A DNA stretch of 64,000 bases from Balanoglossus misakiensis (lineage: Eukaryota; Animalia; Hemichordata). Position 1 is the stretch's first letter. Each line of letters opens with the position of its first letter. This document shows positions 43,801-57,054 of this stretch, one piece after another. The stretch is taken from NCBI GenBank assembly GCA_040954595.2, contig CM082596.2, positions 6,088,791 through 6,152,790 on the forward strand. Reading direction: 5' to 3'. The position numbers and the translations under genes were made by a program. The notes under the pieces were generated by a model. The model was not told the origin of the DNA and did not search any database. It worked only from the letters and a program-made list of their open reading frames with translations.

Positions 43801-46800
43801 CCACATCGTTAACTGAAGCAGTGATATCTTTGCTTGAGCTCCATTGAACATAAATACCACATGATTTATTCAAAGCATATGCAAAGTAGTTCAGGGAACG
43901 AAATTTTATCGCTCTTTGAAATTGCAACTTCTGTACTTCCATACTTGAAATTTTTATCTAGTTTTTTTAATAAAATGAATAAGATGTCTTCAGCACGCAT
44001 TCACACATAACTGAACATCACCACTGTTGGTGACTTCAATTTGCCATTTGCTAAAACTACTGTTAATCTTTGTGAAATACTTTAAATTAACACAAATATT
44101 TCATGGGGCACTTAAATACACAATTTCATATGCAGGACAAAAAACTCAGACTCGTTGCAAGGTTTCCCTGCTTGTGGAAGCTCTCGCACAGCCAGATGAC
44201 GAAAACACGAATCGCGACGCAGTTTCCCGCGAGGCAAGCTGTTACTCAGATTCACGTACGAGACAAGATAGAATATTGTTCTTTTAACTCGTCATGTCAA
44301 AGCGGTAACAAAGATATCTCCTTCACTTATCAGTGAGTAATGTGCAGTAAAAACACTGAGTATAAACCTCTCAGCTCTGGTCTGCCCCAGCCGATGCAAT
44401 TCCGTTCATTTTTTTCCGTCCGCGCCGAGATTCTGATCTTAAAAACCGACGACTTTACGCACTGCATTTACAGCGACGCGGCAATTATCTCCCATTATCC
44501 AGATAATCTGCGAACTTGCAGCAATCGACGGCCTAAGTAAGTGACAGTTGCCATGGCAATGACACTGCCAATCCAATCAGAGTGACTCATCGCCCCCCAA
44601 ACAGGCAAAACGATCAACACCAACAAGTTCCAGCTGACGAGATTACATCCGGTTTTTTACATTCGATAAGGGTGTAACTTTGTTTTGCATGACAAAAAAA
44701 AAAACCATGCCTAGTGGCGTTTCTTTTTTTCACTTCCTCTTGTGAGCCGAATGCGATTATTAGCAAATATTTATGATCAAACTTTATTTCAAATCGAAAG
44801 CAGGGTCCTTTGAACAAATCACATTACAAGTCTACCATGGTTTCTCTCAGGAATACAACTGCAGATCTTAACTCGCAGAAAAAAAAAAGAAGAAATCTCT
44901 CAGGGATAACTTCTCACAACCACTGGACACAATTTCCTTTTCTTTCAGTATTCCTAAACGCGTTGACATCATAATCGAACTTTCGCTTCAAGGTGCGAAA
45001 TCTGACCCACTGGAAATCGCCACTCAGGGTTTTCAAACACCAAATAAATCAACTGAAAATCTACTTGGTTTTCAGTCGAGAAACTCTTTCAGGGACTGAA
45101 CGCACAGCAGGAAATGGCATATGATAAATGTTGAAATGACCCGAAACAGGCCAAAACGACCATAAACCGGCTGAAATGAGCCATTTCATCGAGTAAACGA
45201 CCGAAAACAATCACCTTGGGTATTCAGGGGTTAAATAAAATCCCAAATTCTAGAGAAACGTGCCGAAAATGCAGCAGAAACTAGCCAGACAGTTGACCAT
45301 TGCAAATATCCTATGTATGGCATCAACGAGTTACACACCTGAAATACATGTAGTGTTACAATGAATTCTGCCTCCGAAGTGTTTGTTTGCAATTACGATT
45401 TGTTGATATGTTTGTGTAATGGTATTGGTCACCCCATTCCCTTGGCCGAGCCTGGACCACAGTTCACTAGAGAGCAGACTGAAAGCTCTCCTTGTTTGTT
45501 GAACGTTACAATGCCATGAACTGACTCTGGTAGTTGTACATTGTATGCATGAAGTGAGTGTTTTCTGGTGGTGTCTTGAAAGTCGACTTTATACTGCGTG
45601 TGGTGGTAATTGATTTCGGGCGATAATTGATTTCAGGCTACCAGTTGTAGTTCTCCATCGCGGCACTTCACACAGCCACCGCAACAGTTAACTTGTGGTC
45701 GCAGTTAGCCAATAAGTGCTTCCTGAGAAAAAAAAGGGCTGACTTAAACTAACACTTTTGCGGAACAAAGATCAACCGGGCTACAAGAACATTCCGATAC
45801 TCGTCATGGCAACCCCAGTATCAAAACACCACGGACTATAAAGTTCTTTCACCCAGCAGACAGTACGACAAACCAACCAGTGCACTATTTCTGAAACCTG
45901 GCATTAACTTTAATGCAGAACTGCAGACAAGAGCATGTGTGGGTTCGTGTACATTAGCACATGCATACAATGTCTGTATGTGTGCAGCATGCATGCAAGT
46001 GGTTGACAATGATGCCACAAAATTTCTCAAAGAGTTGTTTGCGAAACGCTGACCAAGACATCACCGCATGTAATCAATATCATCTCTTGCACACATCATG
46101 TACCTAAAATCTCTCTACCTATACAATCATCGATGACTTGCTCAGTTTCTGTTGTGAACAAACGCACTTCATTACTGAAAATGTTAAACCCCTGTTACAG
46201 TGCGTAAACCCAGACTCCAATTCTTGTGAACGATCCGAAAGCTGGCATTAAGGGATTAGCAGCGACAAACAGGATTTCCTCCAGCAACTTTACAAACTTC
46301 TCCGCATAATTCCTTTACAAATGAACCCCCTTTCTCTCAAAAGTTTCGAGGATGTCAATGAAAAAATTCACACACACACCAAACACAAGGGCGGGGTGTT
46401 AGAAAACCTGGTCACTTCTCAAAGAGGCAACCGTGAACTAATATTTTTTTTTCTCTTTTTTTTTCTTCAATCGGAAGCGAACCGCAATCAGAGTTGGAGG
46501 GGGGGGGGATGAAGTCCAGGAATTAACAAGTTGCTTGTTGGCTAAGAAAACTGTGCAGTGTGTCTCCCCCTCGGTTCATTTGGCACGGACAATCGCCTCC
46601 CCACGGCTCTGTGCTCGGCGACAAAAGCCGAATGCTTCAATTGGCCCCTGCAGCAGCACCGTTTGTGCGCGGCAAGAAAAGGTGTTTTTTTTATGTGGAT
46701 GCTCTGAATACGACAATCATCAGCCTGGATGGACGTGAATGGCTTAGAGAGAGGCCGTCGCATTCACTCGCGTTGTTGTTTCGCCTGCGGGCGGAAGAAA

Positions 46801-49800
46801 AAAAAAGTGCCGGGCAAAGCCACTGCCGACATACCTGACTTGAATAGGTATCGACGGTTTGAGGGGGAGTGCAGTTGCCATGTGGAATACAAGAAGTGGG
46901 AGGGAGGGAGAGAGAGAGAGAGCTGTCATAGAGGACAGAGAGAGAGTGAGGAGGGGTAAGGGAGGGTTGGTGGATATAGAGAAGGAGGTGGAGGGAGAAA
47001 GTGAGAGAAAGAGGGGGGAAGACAGAGACAGAGTGAGAGAGAGACAAAATGAGTGACAAACAGACTGACAGACATAGACAGACAGACAGAATGGGAGATA
47101 GAGACACACAGACAGACAGAAAGACCACGCGAGTTCTAGAGAGAGAAAAAGAAGGGAGAAAGAGAGGGAGACAATCAGAGTGACAGAGACATATGGACAG
47201 AGATATAGTGAGAGTGATTGAGAGAGTAAGAGATAGCAACAGACACCCGTTCTCTTTAGAACTGTTGCTATTAAACTAAGTTGGCATCCACAAAAATCTC
47301 ACTTAACCTTTACTGGCTGCTCCGAATTCCGGAGTTTAAAGCCTAATTTGGAGATTTTCCCGGATATCTTCCGGCATTGAATCCGCCGAGGAGATTCACG
47401 ACGGCGTCGCAAAAAGTCGAGATACTGCTCCAATCCAGCGACTTCCGATCGTTTCAGTGCAGGATTTACGGCGGTCCTTGTTTTTATTCATCGACGATGT
47501 TCAAAATGTGCCTTATATATTCTGCAGGCTATTGTGCAATACCTCGGCACAATTGTGCATAATCACCGAAACGATCTTAATCGCATGAAATCAGCAGCAA
47601 TCTTAGCCTGGATTCTATTGCCTGTTTTCAGGAGTTTCTCAGGCACATCAGTACAATTCTAATCTCAGCGATATCACCAAACCAAAGGTTATAAGCACAC
47701 ATACAACTAAATTAGCCTCACTTTCCTATAACACCAATTAATTCCCACTGCTCAATACAGCAAGGGTTAAGGTCCTGTTTCCCCCCAGCTTTCGAAACCA
47801 CAGTAATTCTATTAAAGTCAAGACCCACAGCAGAGATTCCTAAAACTTTGTTTTCTTTTTGCCATCTTGTCAATCAAGAATAGTCACCTGTAAATGTGAA
47901 GTGGGTTTAAACACTGTATACTGTCTGGATCACTGCTGAAATGATAGGACTCAACCAAACTCGATAGAAGACTGAGGAACTCATCAAGAAAAATAGTACA
48001 CTTCATCTGAAAGTTCGTCTTTGTCACGTTTTTCCACAATGAATCACTAAATGCTAAATATGTGGTAACATTCATACAAGAAAATGATACACTCAACATT
48101 AACTTCCTCTTCATTGAAAGTCATTAATAAATTACCTCTAATTGATTTAAAGGCAGTGTATTCTTTATCAGCTTTATGGATTAGGCTAAATGGATTAACT
48201 TGATAAATACTTCAACAGAAAACAAGGGGCTAATACTTTAAAACGTCCAATGTCAACAAGAACTTACACATGAACCAGGGAATGAGGTTTGGGCCCATGA
48301 ACTCAACATACACTGACTGAGGTCCAATCTCATCACTCATGAAGAAAAAATCTCAACACTCAACACAAACTGACCAAACTACTGACCGCGTACATACGTA
48401 TCAGATTCCCACCGTCGCCGCACAAAAACCCGAGCACTGCACTGACATTTGCCGATTAGATTAAATCTAAATCACGCCAATTTAAATGCTGATTAAATTT
48501 GCTAAAAGTAAATACGGCTCACAATGAAGACTACAATGAATGAGTTTCTGACAACGCGCCGACAATTTCCATCTATAAACTGAACATACACAAAAAAAGA
48601 GTAAGTCCACAACACAGAACTGTTTCAGATCTCTTTATATTTAAACCGTCCGACACGATTTAAAAATCTGTCTTCATCGAGAAAACCTTATTAGTTTTCA
48701 TTGCTACCTCAATGATCCACTCTTCCTCAAGTTCATTGATAGTGATATATGCAATGAACTCAAACTTGGCCAAAACAAGAAATTTTTAGAAGTGAAGGCA
48801 TTTCCTTTTTCTAAATTGGACGCACAAATGAGAAAGGTACACAAGAGAAGCACGTCCAGCTGGGGACCGTTTTAATCGATCCATATATTTCATCAAGTGC
48901 TTGTGTCACATCTGATTGACTACGTTAATCAGGGAGTTAGGGAAGATGTGTTTGGATAAAAACATGGTGCTGGAGGGTTTGTGGTACTAGGCAAAGTTTA
49001 CTGCCTAAATACGGTACATTGACTTTAGTTGGCTGGTTGGTTGGTGGTTGGCTATTTTGTTGGTTGGTTGACTAGTTTGCTTGTTGGTTAGTTGGTTGAT
49101 CAGTTGGTTGGCTGTTTGGTTGGTCAGTTGGCTTTTAGGTTGGTTGACTGGCTGGCTGGCTAGTATGTTTGTTGGTTGGTTGGCTATAAAGTTGGTTGGT
49201 TGGCTGGTTTGCTTGTTGGTTAGTTGGTTAGTTGGTGGATCTGTTGGTTGGTTGTTGGCTGTTTGGTTGGTTTGTTGATTGATCGGTTGGTTGGTTGGCT
49301 GTTTGGTTGGTCGATCTGACGGTTGGTTGGTTAGTGGTTGGCTGTTTGTTTTGGTAGCTTGTGAGGTACACAATGGACAAATGGTATATCATTCAAAATT
49401 GCTAAAATCAATTTTCAGTATTGTCCGCACTGAACTCAACACCATGCAATACTAAATTGTTGTCAATGCTCACACTGTGATTGTTAATTCATCCAAGAAC
49501 ATTTATTTCACTAAAACCTGCACACTTGCAGTATTTCTTGCATGAATTGACGGAATTTTAGATTTTATGCAATCAGCACATTAGGCCAAGTGTTGTGTCG
49601 TAGACCGTGGAATGAAATTCTCACTTGAATTAGGATATTGATTGAAACACTTTTCAAATCGTTTTATCAAGGTGCTAATTAACGCCAATTGTGTAATATG
49701 ATTTTGTAATAGGTGTTAAAAGCCGGTTATTCCAGGCTTGGCTTGTACGGATGATGGAAAGTTCAATGGATCCGGGATGGATAAATGGGAATGATGAATG

Positions 49801-52800
49801 AATGGACGGATGGATGAGTTGATGGAAAGGTGGATTGGTCTATCTGCTGTGTCGATGAAGCATTCACGTATTGAAGTGCTCGGCACACACACACATGAAA
49901 GCATACATGTAGCTTCATGTAACACACATATCCGTTGCATTTTATGGGCTAATTTTTATAGCGTTTTCGTGTACATGTGTTGGCAATGACAACATCGTAG
50001 TTCAAACAGGAAAAAACCCAAGAGGACTTCTTCGATTCCATTAGCCCCGGGATCAAATCGCTAATCGCTACCAATTAAAACCGCTTGAACTACTTCGAGA
50101 CAGACCCGGAGATGTTGGAGTATTATCACGTTACGAGCGACTTACAAAGGAGGTTGTATCAGTCTCTGGTGAATTATCGCACTTCATCGCAGACGCTTGC
50201 AATGCAACCACACTGGGCACTTCACAATGTCGTAAGCCCCAAAATCTCGATCGGATTCACCTCTGAAAGCTAAAACATCTTGAAGTGAAACAATGGGTCT
50301 TTAAGCAGGGACGAAATGTCACAAACTGAGTATCTTGCACAGTGGAATACTTATGCCGAAATAGACACGGTTGCCGTGACAGGGGAACCATGGCAACATT
50401 TACCTGGGTACTGCCCTTAAGAACAACACCATAAGTTTGAAAAATTAAACTTCAGTTTCTCAAAGTACTCAGCTTGTTAAATCCTATATCTGAGTAACAA
50501 ATGCATGTTGTGGTCAGTGAAATTTTTAGTTAGATTTACCGTAAATTAACAACAACGAAATTATCCAAAATTCCTATGAAATGGAAAGAAAACACACACA
50601 CACACCCTGATGTGTCATAACCTAAACAACCATCAACGCATTATCACTACACAATAATGAAAACCCAGAAAATATGCATATGTCCCACTGAGCATATACA
50701 AACCTAACTACTGAAATTGAAAACCATGTGTGAACATCTGTTGTCCTTCAAATTGGATTGTGTGACTCTGCTGTGCGGGGGTTCACATTAGGTGACAAAG
50801 TTTGGGTCCAGTCTAAAGATTAGAGTTGGTATAAAGTGATAGTGTGAATGTCCATCATCCCAGAGCTTTTCATGGTGCTTGTTTCGGACATGGAGATGTC
50901 ATGTACTGCTCACAGACAGGCACTTACTGTATTCCAATTCAAATGTGTCAGTGTAGACTCAGCACAAATCTAGCCTCAGAGAAGATTACATGCACCTGTC
51001 CAGCTAAGGCTAAAGTCCTAGATTGGATGTACAGACCGTACAAAACCACTGAAACCTGTCCTTATACAGACATCTCTCTAATCAGGACACCTCTCTATTA
51101 TAGACCGACATTTTGAGACAAAAGTGACAATTTAAATAGAATGTTACCTGTGCATTAAGGACACCTCTAGTTTTTCTGTTCACAACAGTGTCCCTAATAG
51201 ACAGGTTTCCCTGTAATGCAAAACAACCTATGTCTCATCATTTAAGCTTACACTCAGAGCACTGGCATCCAATGGTAAAAAAAAAACCCTCACACAACAC
51301 CATTCCACATGACAAGCGTACAGGTCTACCGGTATTAAAGCTCCTTCTTGGTGATTCATACCCATCACAGATGTTCCCAAATGAGAATCTGTTTTCACGA
51401 TTAAAACTCCGCAGTAGATCTTCATGATGATTTGCCCCAACAGAGTGTTAATAGGCGTCTCACCTCTTATATTTGTTTTTCGTGATTACAAAGTCACTCA
51501 CAGCTTTCAGCCAATATTGGCTCAACCTTCAAGAGATCAAATTGCAGGAGTTCCCTCTATACTCCTACTCATTTTCATTACATACATAAACTGTGATAAT
51601 TAAGAAGTTTTTTTCCCCCCTTGCAGTGAACTAACATCTGTCATCTTCGAACACAGCACAGCCATGATGAGTTTCCTCATTCGATTGATGATTCACTTGG
51701 AGGATATTTTCCAGTATAAAAAAACGACAAAAAATGGAACTTTTTTAGCGACCGATAAGCATCAAATCTGATTCAGATTCTTTGAAGACAGTGTGCCAGT
51801 GAATCTCACAAGTATGCAAATGTATCTGCTAGAACTGTACATTCAGATTATAAGTTGAAATATGACAGACAATTACGATAAACTTTGAAATAGTGCAGTA
51901 CATATTGTTGGAGCTGACTCAGAAGCGAAACATAATTAAATTATTTTAAAATCTGTGCAGGAATACTGTCAGACGCTTTCCAATGGTCGGAACAAAATGA
52001 ACAGTGGTCCTCTTTAGTGTCTCTGAAATGAAATTATTATTCCCATTACAAACATTACACACATATTACCAAATTCGAACCTTGTGATGCCCAAATCTTG
52101 TGAGTCAAAATACGATTATTCTAAATGAATGTTTTATCACCGAAGAGAAAAAAAAAAAATCTCGCGAAGCTGCCAGACTGCCAATCACAGCACCGGGAGA
52201 TGTCAGGGGCTGATCGGCGAGGGGTTGTAACCCGTGTTTCCCTCGCCATAATTAGATATTCTCCCCACAGGGAACAGAGCAAATTTGCTAACATTGACAG
52301 AAGGGGCACTGTCTTTTGTGCGACGGTCTCCATCTCCATCCCCCCACTTCACCATCAGTCTGGATGTGAGTGACATCGCCCCGTTCGTTGACCTTTGACC
52401 TTCGGGAGCACGGGAGACTGGTAATTGGCAGGGGCGCGCATTAAACAGCGACAGCCTCGCGGATAGCCCGCTAATATTCACACCATTAGCTCCTTGTTGG
52501 CAAATTAACCCTGTCACACCCAATGTCATTTTTCCCTAACTGATCATGTATCAACTTTTTTATTTCACTGCCAGGCTCCCACGTCAACGCGCATTGTCGG
52601 AAAAATTTTGACTCGGCGAGACACGTCACTCCTCCTTACAAATGTGTGAATATCGCAGAAAATCAGTTTACTTATTATATTGCTCAAACTCAGCTCTGTA
52701 TGGACAGATATTACTTTGAGTAGATATGAATCGAGCTACACTTTCTGTCAATTTAGACCTCAACGTCTTCTCAGGAAAGCACATTTGAAAGTCACTCAGA

Positions 52801-55800
52801 ATTCGAGGAGTGATTGTGCAGTAATCATTTCAAAGATGTTTTTTTTCATAATAATTGTCACTGATGAGAGCAGTCGCTAGCCTAAGTGATTTTCCAAGCT
52901 TTTCCAAGAGTAAATTTCATATTTTCCCCTCTAGTGTTTTCCAGGAATGGTTTACATTCCAGGATGTTCCATATAGGTGAGAACACTGCAGGACAGATTC
53001 ACGTCATACGTGTTTATAAAATGAATTAGAGTTCATACATGTGTGTACTTTTCAGCTGGAATGTCAACCCATTTTACCATCAGAAGCCAAAAACATGTTC
53101 ACAGATCACCAGTAGCAATATTTAATTTATGTTTAAAATTTTGAAGGGAGAATGGTAAAACAATCTCTCAGTTAAGTGATTCCACTCAAATACATGGGGC
53201 TATTTGGATGACTGATGTTTTTCAGGAAAATTTCCCTGCAACATGAAATGCAGGACGGACATCTTCTGCAGACAGACAAGGAAAACTATTCACAATCATG
53301 TAATACACCCCAGAACACGATCATTTGAGCCCCTCCAGCAAATACTCATTTTAACACCAATATTCACAACCACTGATACACTTCTCTTCAGGTGGTGCCC
53401 TCTAGAGGCACATATCTGCCAATCACATCCCTTGTTACTTGTACGCTTGCAGTGGCAGTCACAGACCAACACCCCTGCAATTTTACTACAAGCATTTTAA
53501 TTGGACATAAAAACAACAGGGGGTCTCGCCACAACAATTTAGTTTTAACAGTGATGCACCATATTATCATACTGAGATTTGTGTGACTAAATATTAATAC
53601 AATGAACGCTATTAATCTAAACCCATCTACTGTCTGGTTCAATACCAAGGTCGGGTCTGACGTAGGGTGAGGATGAGGGGTAGGGTGGGTGGTTATAGAC
53701 AAAGGGTAGATGAGAAATGTGAGTATGTGGATAGGGAGATTGTCAGAAGAATAAAATTTAAAAAAAAGCTTAGAAGACCAAACTTTCAGCTCACTATATA
53801 GTTAGTTCTCCTGGGTGATGTCAGTGATGTGTTTGCATGGACTCAAAGTTGCGAGGAATAGAACTGATCGTATTTCAGTTAAACAGGGGCTTGGAAAAGA
53901 GAACTCAGTCATCAAGGTTGTGCTTGTAGGTCAATCGCAAAGAAAAAAAGAAATAGATAACAGCCACAGCTGACTTGCCAGCAAATCAAAAAGTTCATTG
54001 AACGACTTCATTGTGCGCCAGACACTCATACCCGTATCATCAAATGCCGGGATTTCCACCAACAATGGAAACATCGATGACTGCGCCAACTCCAAGGCCG
54101 CTCCGGCATTGAAGGCATCTCCGCGGCCTTGGCGAGGATTAATTGTTGCGATTTTGTGAAGAGAGGATACGGATAGACTTGACCTTGGAGGGGAGGGGGG
54201 AGGGGAAACCAAAGGAGGCCGTCGGGAACTCTTCCCAGCCAATCAAGACATTGTTAACACACGCCGAGGGACCTTCAGATACATCCACCTCATGCTGGTG
54301 TCATGGCGACACAATGCCGGTATCCCCCGTTGCCGGGTTTTCAGTCGGAGATAATTGAAACTGTGTGGGATTCGGAGATCCACACACCCAACGTCGACAT
54401 GTTGTCTGCCATGGTTTTCATTGATAAGTTCAAACTTGCATGTATCATGCGATCATTATGCTTTTGACGTCAACGAGGAGATCTAGATGAAACATCATTG
54501 ACCTTTAGAAGGACAAAGTTGCCCAACATTTTGGTAATTTTACTTTTTTGGATGGATAATTTATGTTGTCTTGCTCTCCTGGGTCAAATGGTTTAAGTAA
54601 CAAACACAGCCTCATTTGACAGAGTTTGATAAACTATGGGAGTACTATCATTATCATTAAAACACCCTAAAACTTAACATTCCAGATTAGCTTATCCGAT
54701 GACCGGAACATTTATTACTGTTCCGATATTGTTATTTTTTAGGATTTGTGTATGAACCGTCCCCTAAGTGGAATAACCAGTGAACTTTCATGCAACAATC
54801 TGATCACAGCATGGCAGCTCAATGATAAAACATTTACTGTGTAAAATTCCTAATATGCTCCTGGTCGATCATGCAGCCAGCGATAGTTTATTTGTGGGAC
54901 AGCTAGTAGGCACACAACATGGTAGGCAAACACTGGGAATATACACCGAGTTGGGTCGAAACACTCCAGGCTGTCAGTGCGACACAGGAGTGTATAATTA
55001 CAACAAGCATCGGGTGACCGGCTGTGGGCAAATCTGTCGATTGTTTGCACATCTGAACAAAGTGGACCATTAATATCTTTATGTTTATCCTACTGTAGTG
55101 TGAAAATGAGTGGCCACGCGGGGGTTTGGTTACCATGGAATTTTGTCTGTTTTATAATTTTTGTGGAATTGGGCAGGCAGGGAAGGGCGGTTGTAGTATG
55201 GCATCTGAATATCAAGGAAAAAATGAATTTGTTTTTTGGGGGGGCAATTTTGAAGCAATACAACAACTATGCCTGGTGATGTTTCGTCATGATTTGCAAT
55301 TCAGAGAGGAACGTGAGAGATAACTTCCTCCCTTCCTGCCAAAAAAGGAAATGATGAAACGAGAGGGAGGGGCGGAACAATTATAAGCGGTCAATTCGGA
55401 CCCGGACTCCCTGCCGTGACATCAAACCCATTGACACTTGACCACTACACCACCGTGTCATCACATTTCCTCTAAATGCGGACATCGCTTTTTTTCTTGT
55501 TGAAAAAATCCAAGAACACACAGGTTCGGCTCTGTGTATTGAATTTCATCGATCCGCAACTATCCTGTCTCGCCCGCGGGGGGAAGAAAACGGTTCAATG
55601 CGGGTCAACGGGTTCAACAACCGCGATCTACGCACAATCGCTCTCGAAATCACGTCCACGAAACCACTGCGCCCACACCAGCACTGGTTCAAACAAATCT
55701 CCACGTACAGACAATGCTCTCGGGGTCCCACATTTACCACGCGATGTACCGGACTCGACGATTAACACACAGACCACTATTAACCAACCCACTAAAACTT

Positions 55801-56510
55801 CAAGCCATAATTTGCCATAAATCCCTCAGTCACCATGCAACCTTACTCTGTCTATGCTTCAAACAACCCGGGACAATCAGACAAACTGACCGACTGGCTG
55901 GCTGGCTTAGACCTCCGGACACTCATTAATTCATTGGCCGGATCAGCAACACATAATACGGCTAATTAGCCGAGATCCCATACAAAACAAATACTGGGGT
56001 TTTTTTTGGTGCCATGTAGATTTACTGTAAGTCATGTGTGAGACCAGATCTGTTGTAGTGGGACAATACACCGTTATGCAAGACCTGCTAATCAGCCTGT
56101 CAGTTAGGTAAACTTTTTCCCTTAATGAGTTTGACAAGACAAACTTGCTTTCATCAGGGACAGGGATTGTGGGCATCCAGAATGGTAATCTAACATTCAT
56201 TGGTATAAACAAACTGTCATCTTTGGGTGAAGTTTACGGGTGCTTGTCCACTCTGATATTTCTGGTTTACACAGTGACGACCACAAAGTTTTGACAAACA
56301 AAGAGGTTTTAAACTATGCTACCAATTGGTCATGCTTATCAAAACCTGTCTGCTCTTGTCATCATCACTGTGGTGGTGGTGGTGGTGGTGGTGGTGATGG
56401 TGGTGGTGGTGGTCGTCGTCATCATCATCATCCTCATCATCATCTTCTTCATTATCGTCATCTTCATCTTCATCATCGTCATCTTCATCTTCATCATCGT
56501 CATCTTCATC

Positions 56511-56553
<43 letters not shown>

Positions 56554-56881
56554 CCACCACCACCACTCACCATGTGATGATCACATGACCTCTATTGGCC
56601 AATGGTTGCGCATCCTGCCAACCACACTAGCCAATTACCACATAACAGAACAGCTGTCGCTAAAAAAAACGCTGATTACAGGGCTCGTCAAAGACACCAC
56701 AGCCTTTACCTGTAGATTCTGCGGGCCCCGACATCTGCATGGCAACGTTGAGGAAGTGGCAAGCATTGGGCACAGACAGGGCACTGACTACAAACTCCTC
56801 GCACACCTGCTGGAGATGATCGATGCTGAGTGACTGGGCGATGGCAAGCGTCTCAAAAACAGTCTCATCTTGCAGCTCAAT
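33851..56881 (-). CDS. BTB-BACK-TLDc domain protein, 5'-partial (BTB-coding exons not found in the window). Exons, high to low: 56710-56881, 36715-36845, 36256-36372, 35959-36068, 35552-35692, 35130-35250, 34549-34637, 34291-34383, 33851-34040
   Basis: End of BTB and start of BACK: VFETLAIAQSLSIDHLQQVCEEFV, NACHFL, CATFIESNAEDCVQTKEFLNLSREALLRLLKSDE, EEDVWRCVLHWAK. TLDc: WKLLYKASRDGFSCMDFHRCCDG, CGGFTDVPW, SFLFSL, GPIFGAG, ITDYEVF. Exon phases agree, including across the 19.9 kb intron. Confidence 0.88.
34094..34168. repeat. (ATGT)n microsatellite
   Basis: Pure tetranucleotide run in an intron. Confidence 0.95.
34769..34894. repeat. (CA)n/(CT)n low-complexity tract
   Basis: Direct dinucleotide runs. 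Confidence 0.9.
44547..44589. promoter_or_regulatory. Candidate cis-regulatory cluster: RFX X-box, tandem CCAAT, AP-1
   Basis: GTTGCCATGGCAAT (44547-44560), CCAATCCAAT (44568-44577) and TGACTCA (44583-44589) within 45 bp. Motif match only. Confidence 0.35.
46897..47237. repeat. GA-rich polypurine low-complexity tract
   Basis: About 340 bp of GAGA/GACA repeats. Confidence 0.9.
47303..47770. mobile_element. Probable piggyBac-like MITE (about 460 bp)
   Basis: TTAA|CCTTTACTG ... CAGCAAGGG|TTAA: TTAA on both sides with short imperfect CC-starting TIRs. Confidence 0.55.
49028..49350. repeat. Degenerate (GTTG/GCTG)n microsatellite
   Basis: About 320 bp of tetranucleotide variants. Confidence 0.92.
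51047..51215. mobile_element. Degenerate Tc1/mariner-type MITE
   Basis: Termini CACTGAAACCTGTC ... GACAGGTTTCCCTG|TA, with internal repeated GGACACCTCT motifs. Confidence 0.6.
56369..56566. repeat. (TGG)n/(TCA)n/(TCT)n compound trinucleotide microsatellite, intronic
   Basis: Direct repeats; source of the spurious poly-His and poly-Asp ORFs. Confidence 0.93.
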
Positions 56882-56949
56882 CTGTGTAAAAACAAGATGG
56901 GACAGAAAAAAAAATATCGAGGTTATACACGCAGCAGTTTTTAAGTTTT

Positions 56950-57054
56950 TGATGTGGACAGACATACATACATCCATCCATACATACATACAGACACAAC
57001 TGATCCCATAAGGTCCCATGGTATACATATACCTATAAACCAAATGGGACCTAA
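56950..57054 (+). mobile_element. HINE/Helentron-like non-autonomous element, 3' end
   Basis: (ACAT)n microsatellite followed by the stem-loop AGGTCCCAT...ATGGGACCT (57011-57052). Confidence 0.5.

Noticed and set aside
56240-56833. His-rich 197-aa ORF and the Asp-rich antisense ORF
   Set aside because: Products of a compound trinucleotide microsatellite plus the antisense of the real exon 56710-56881
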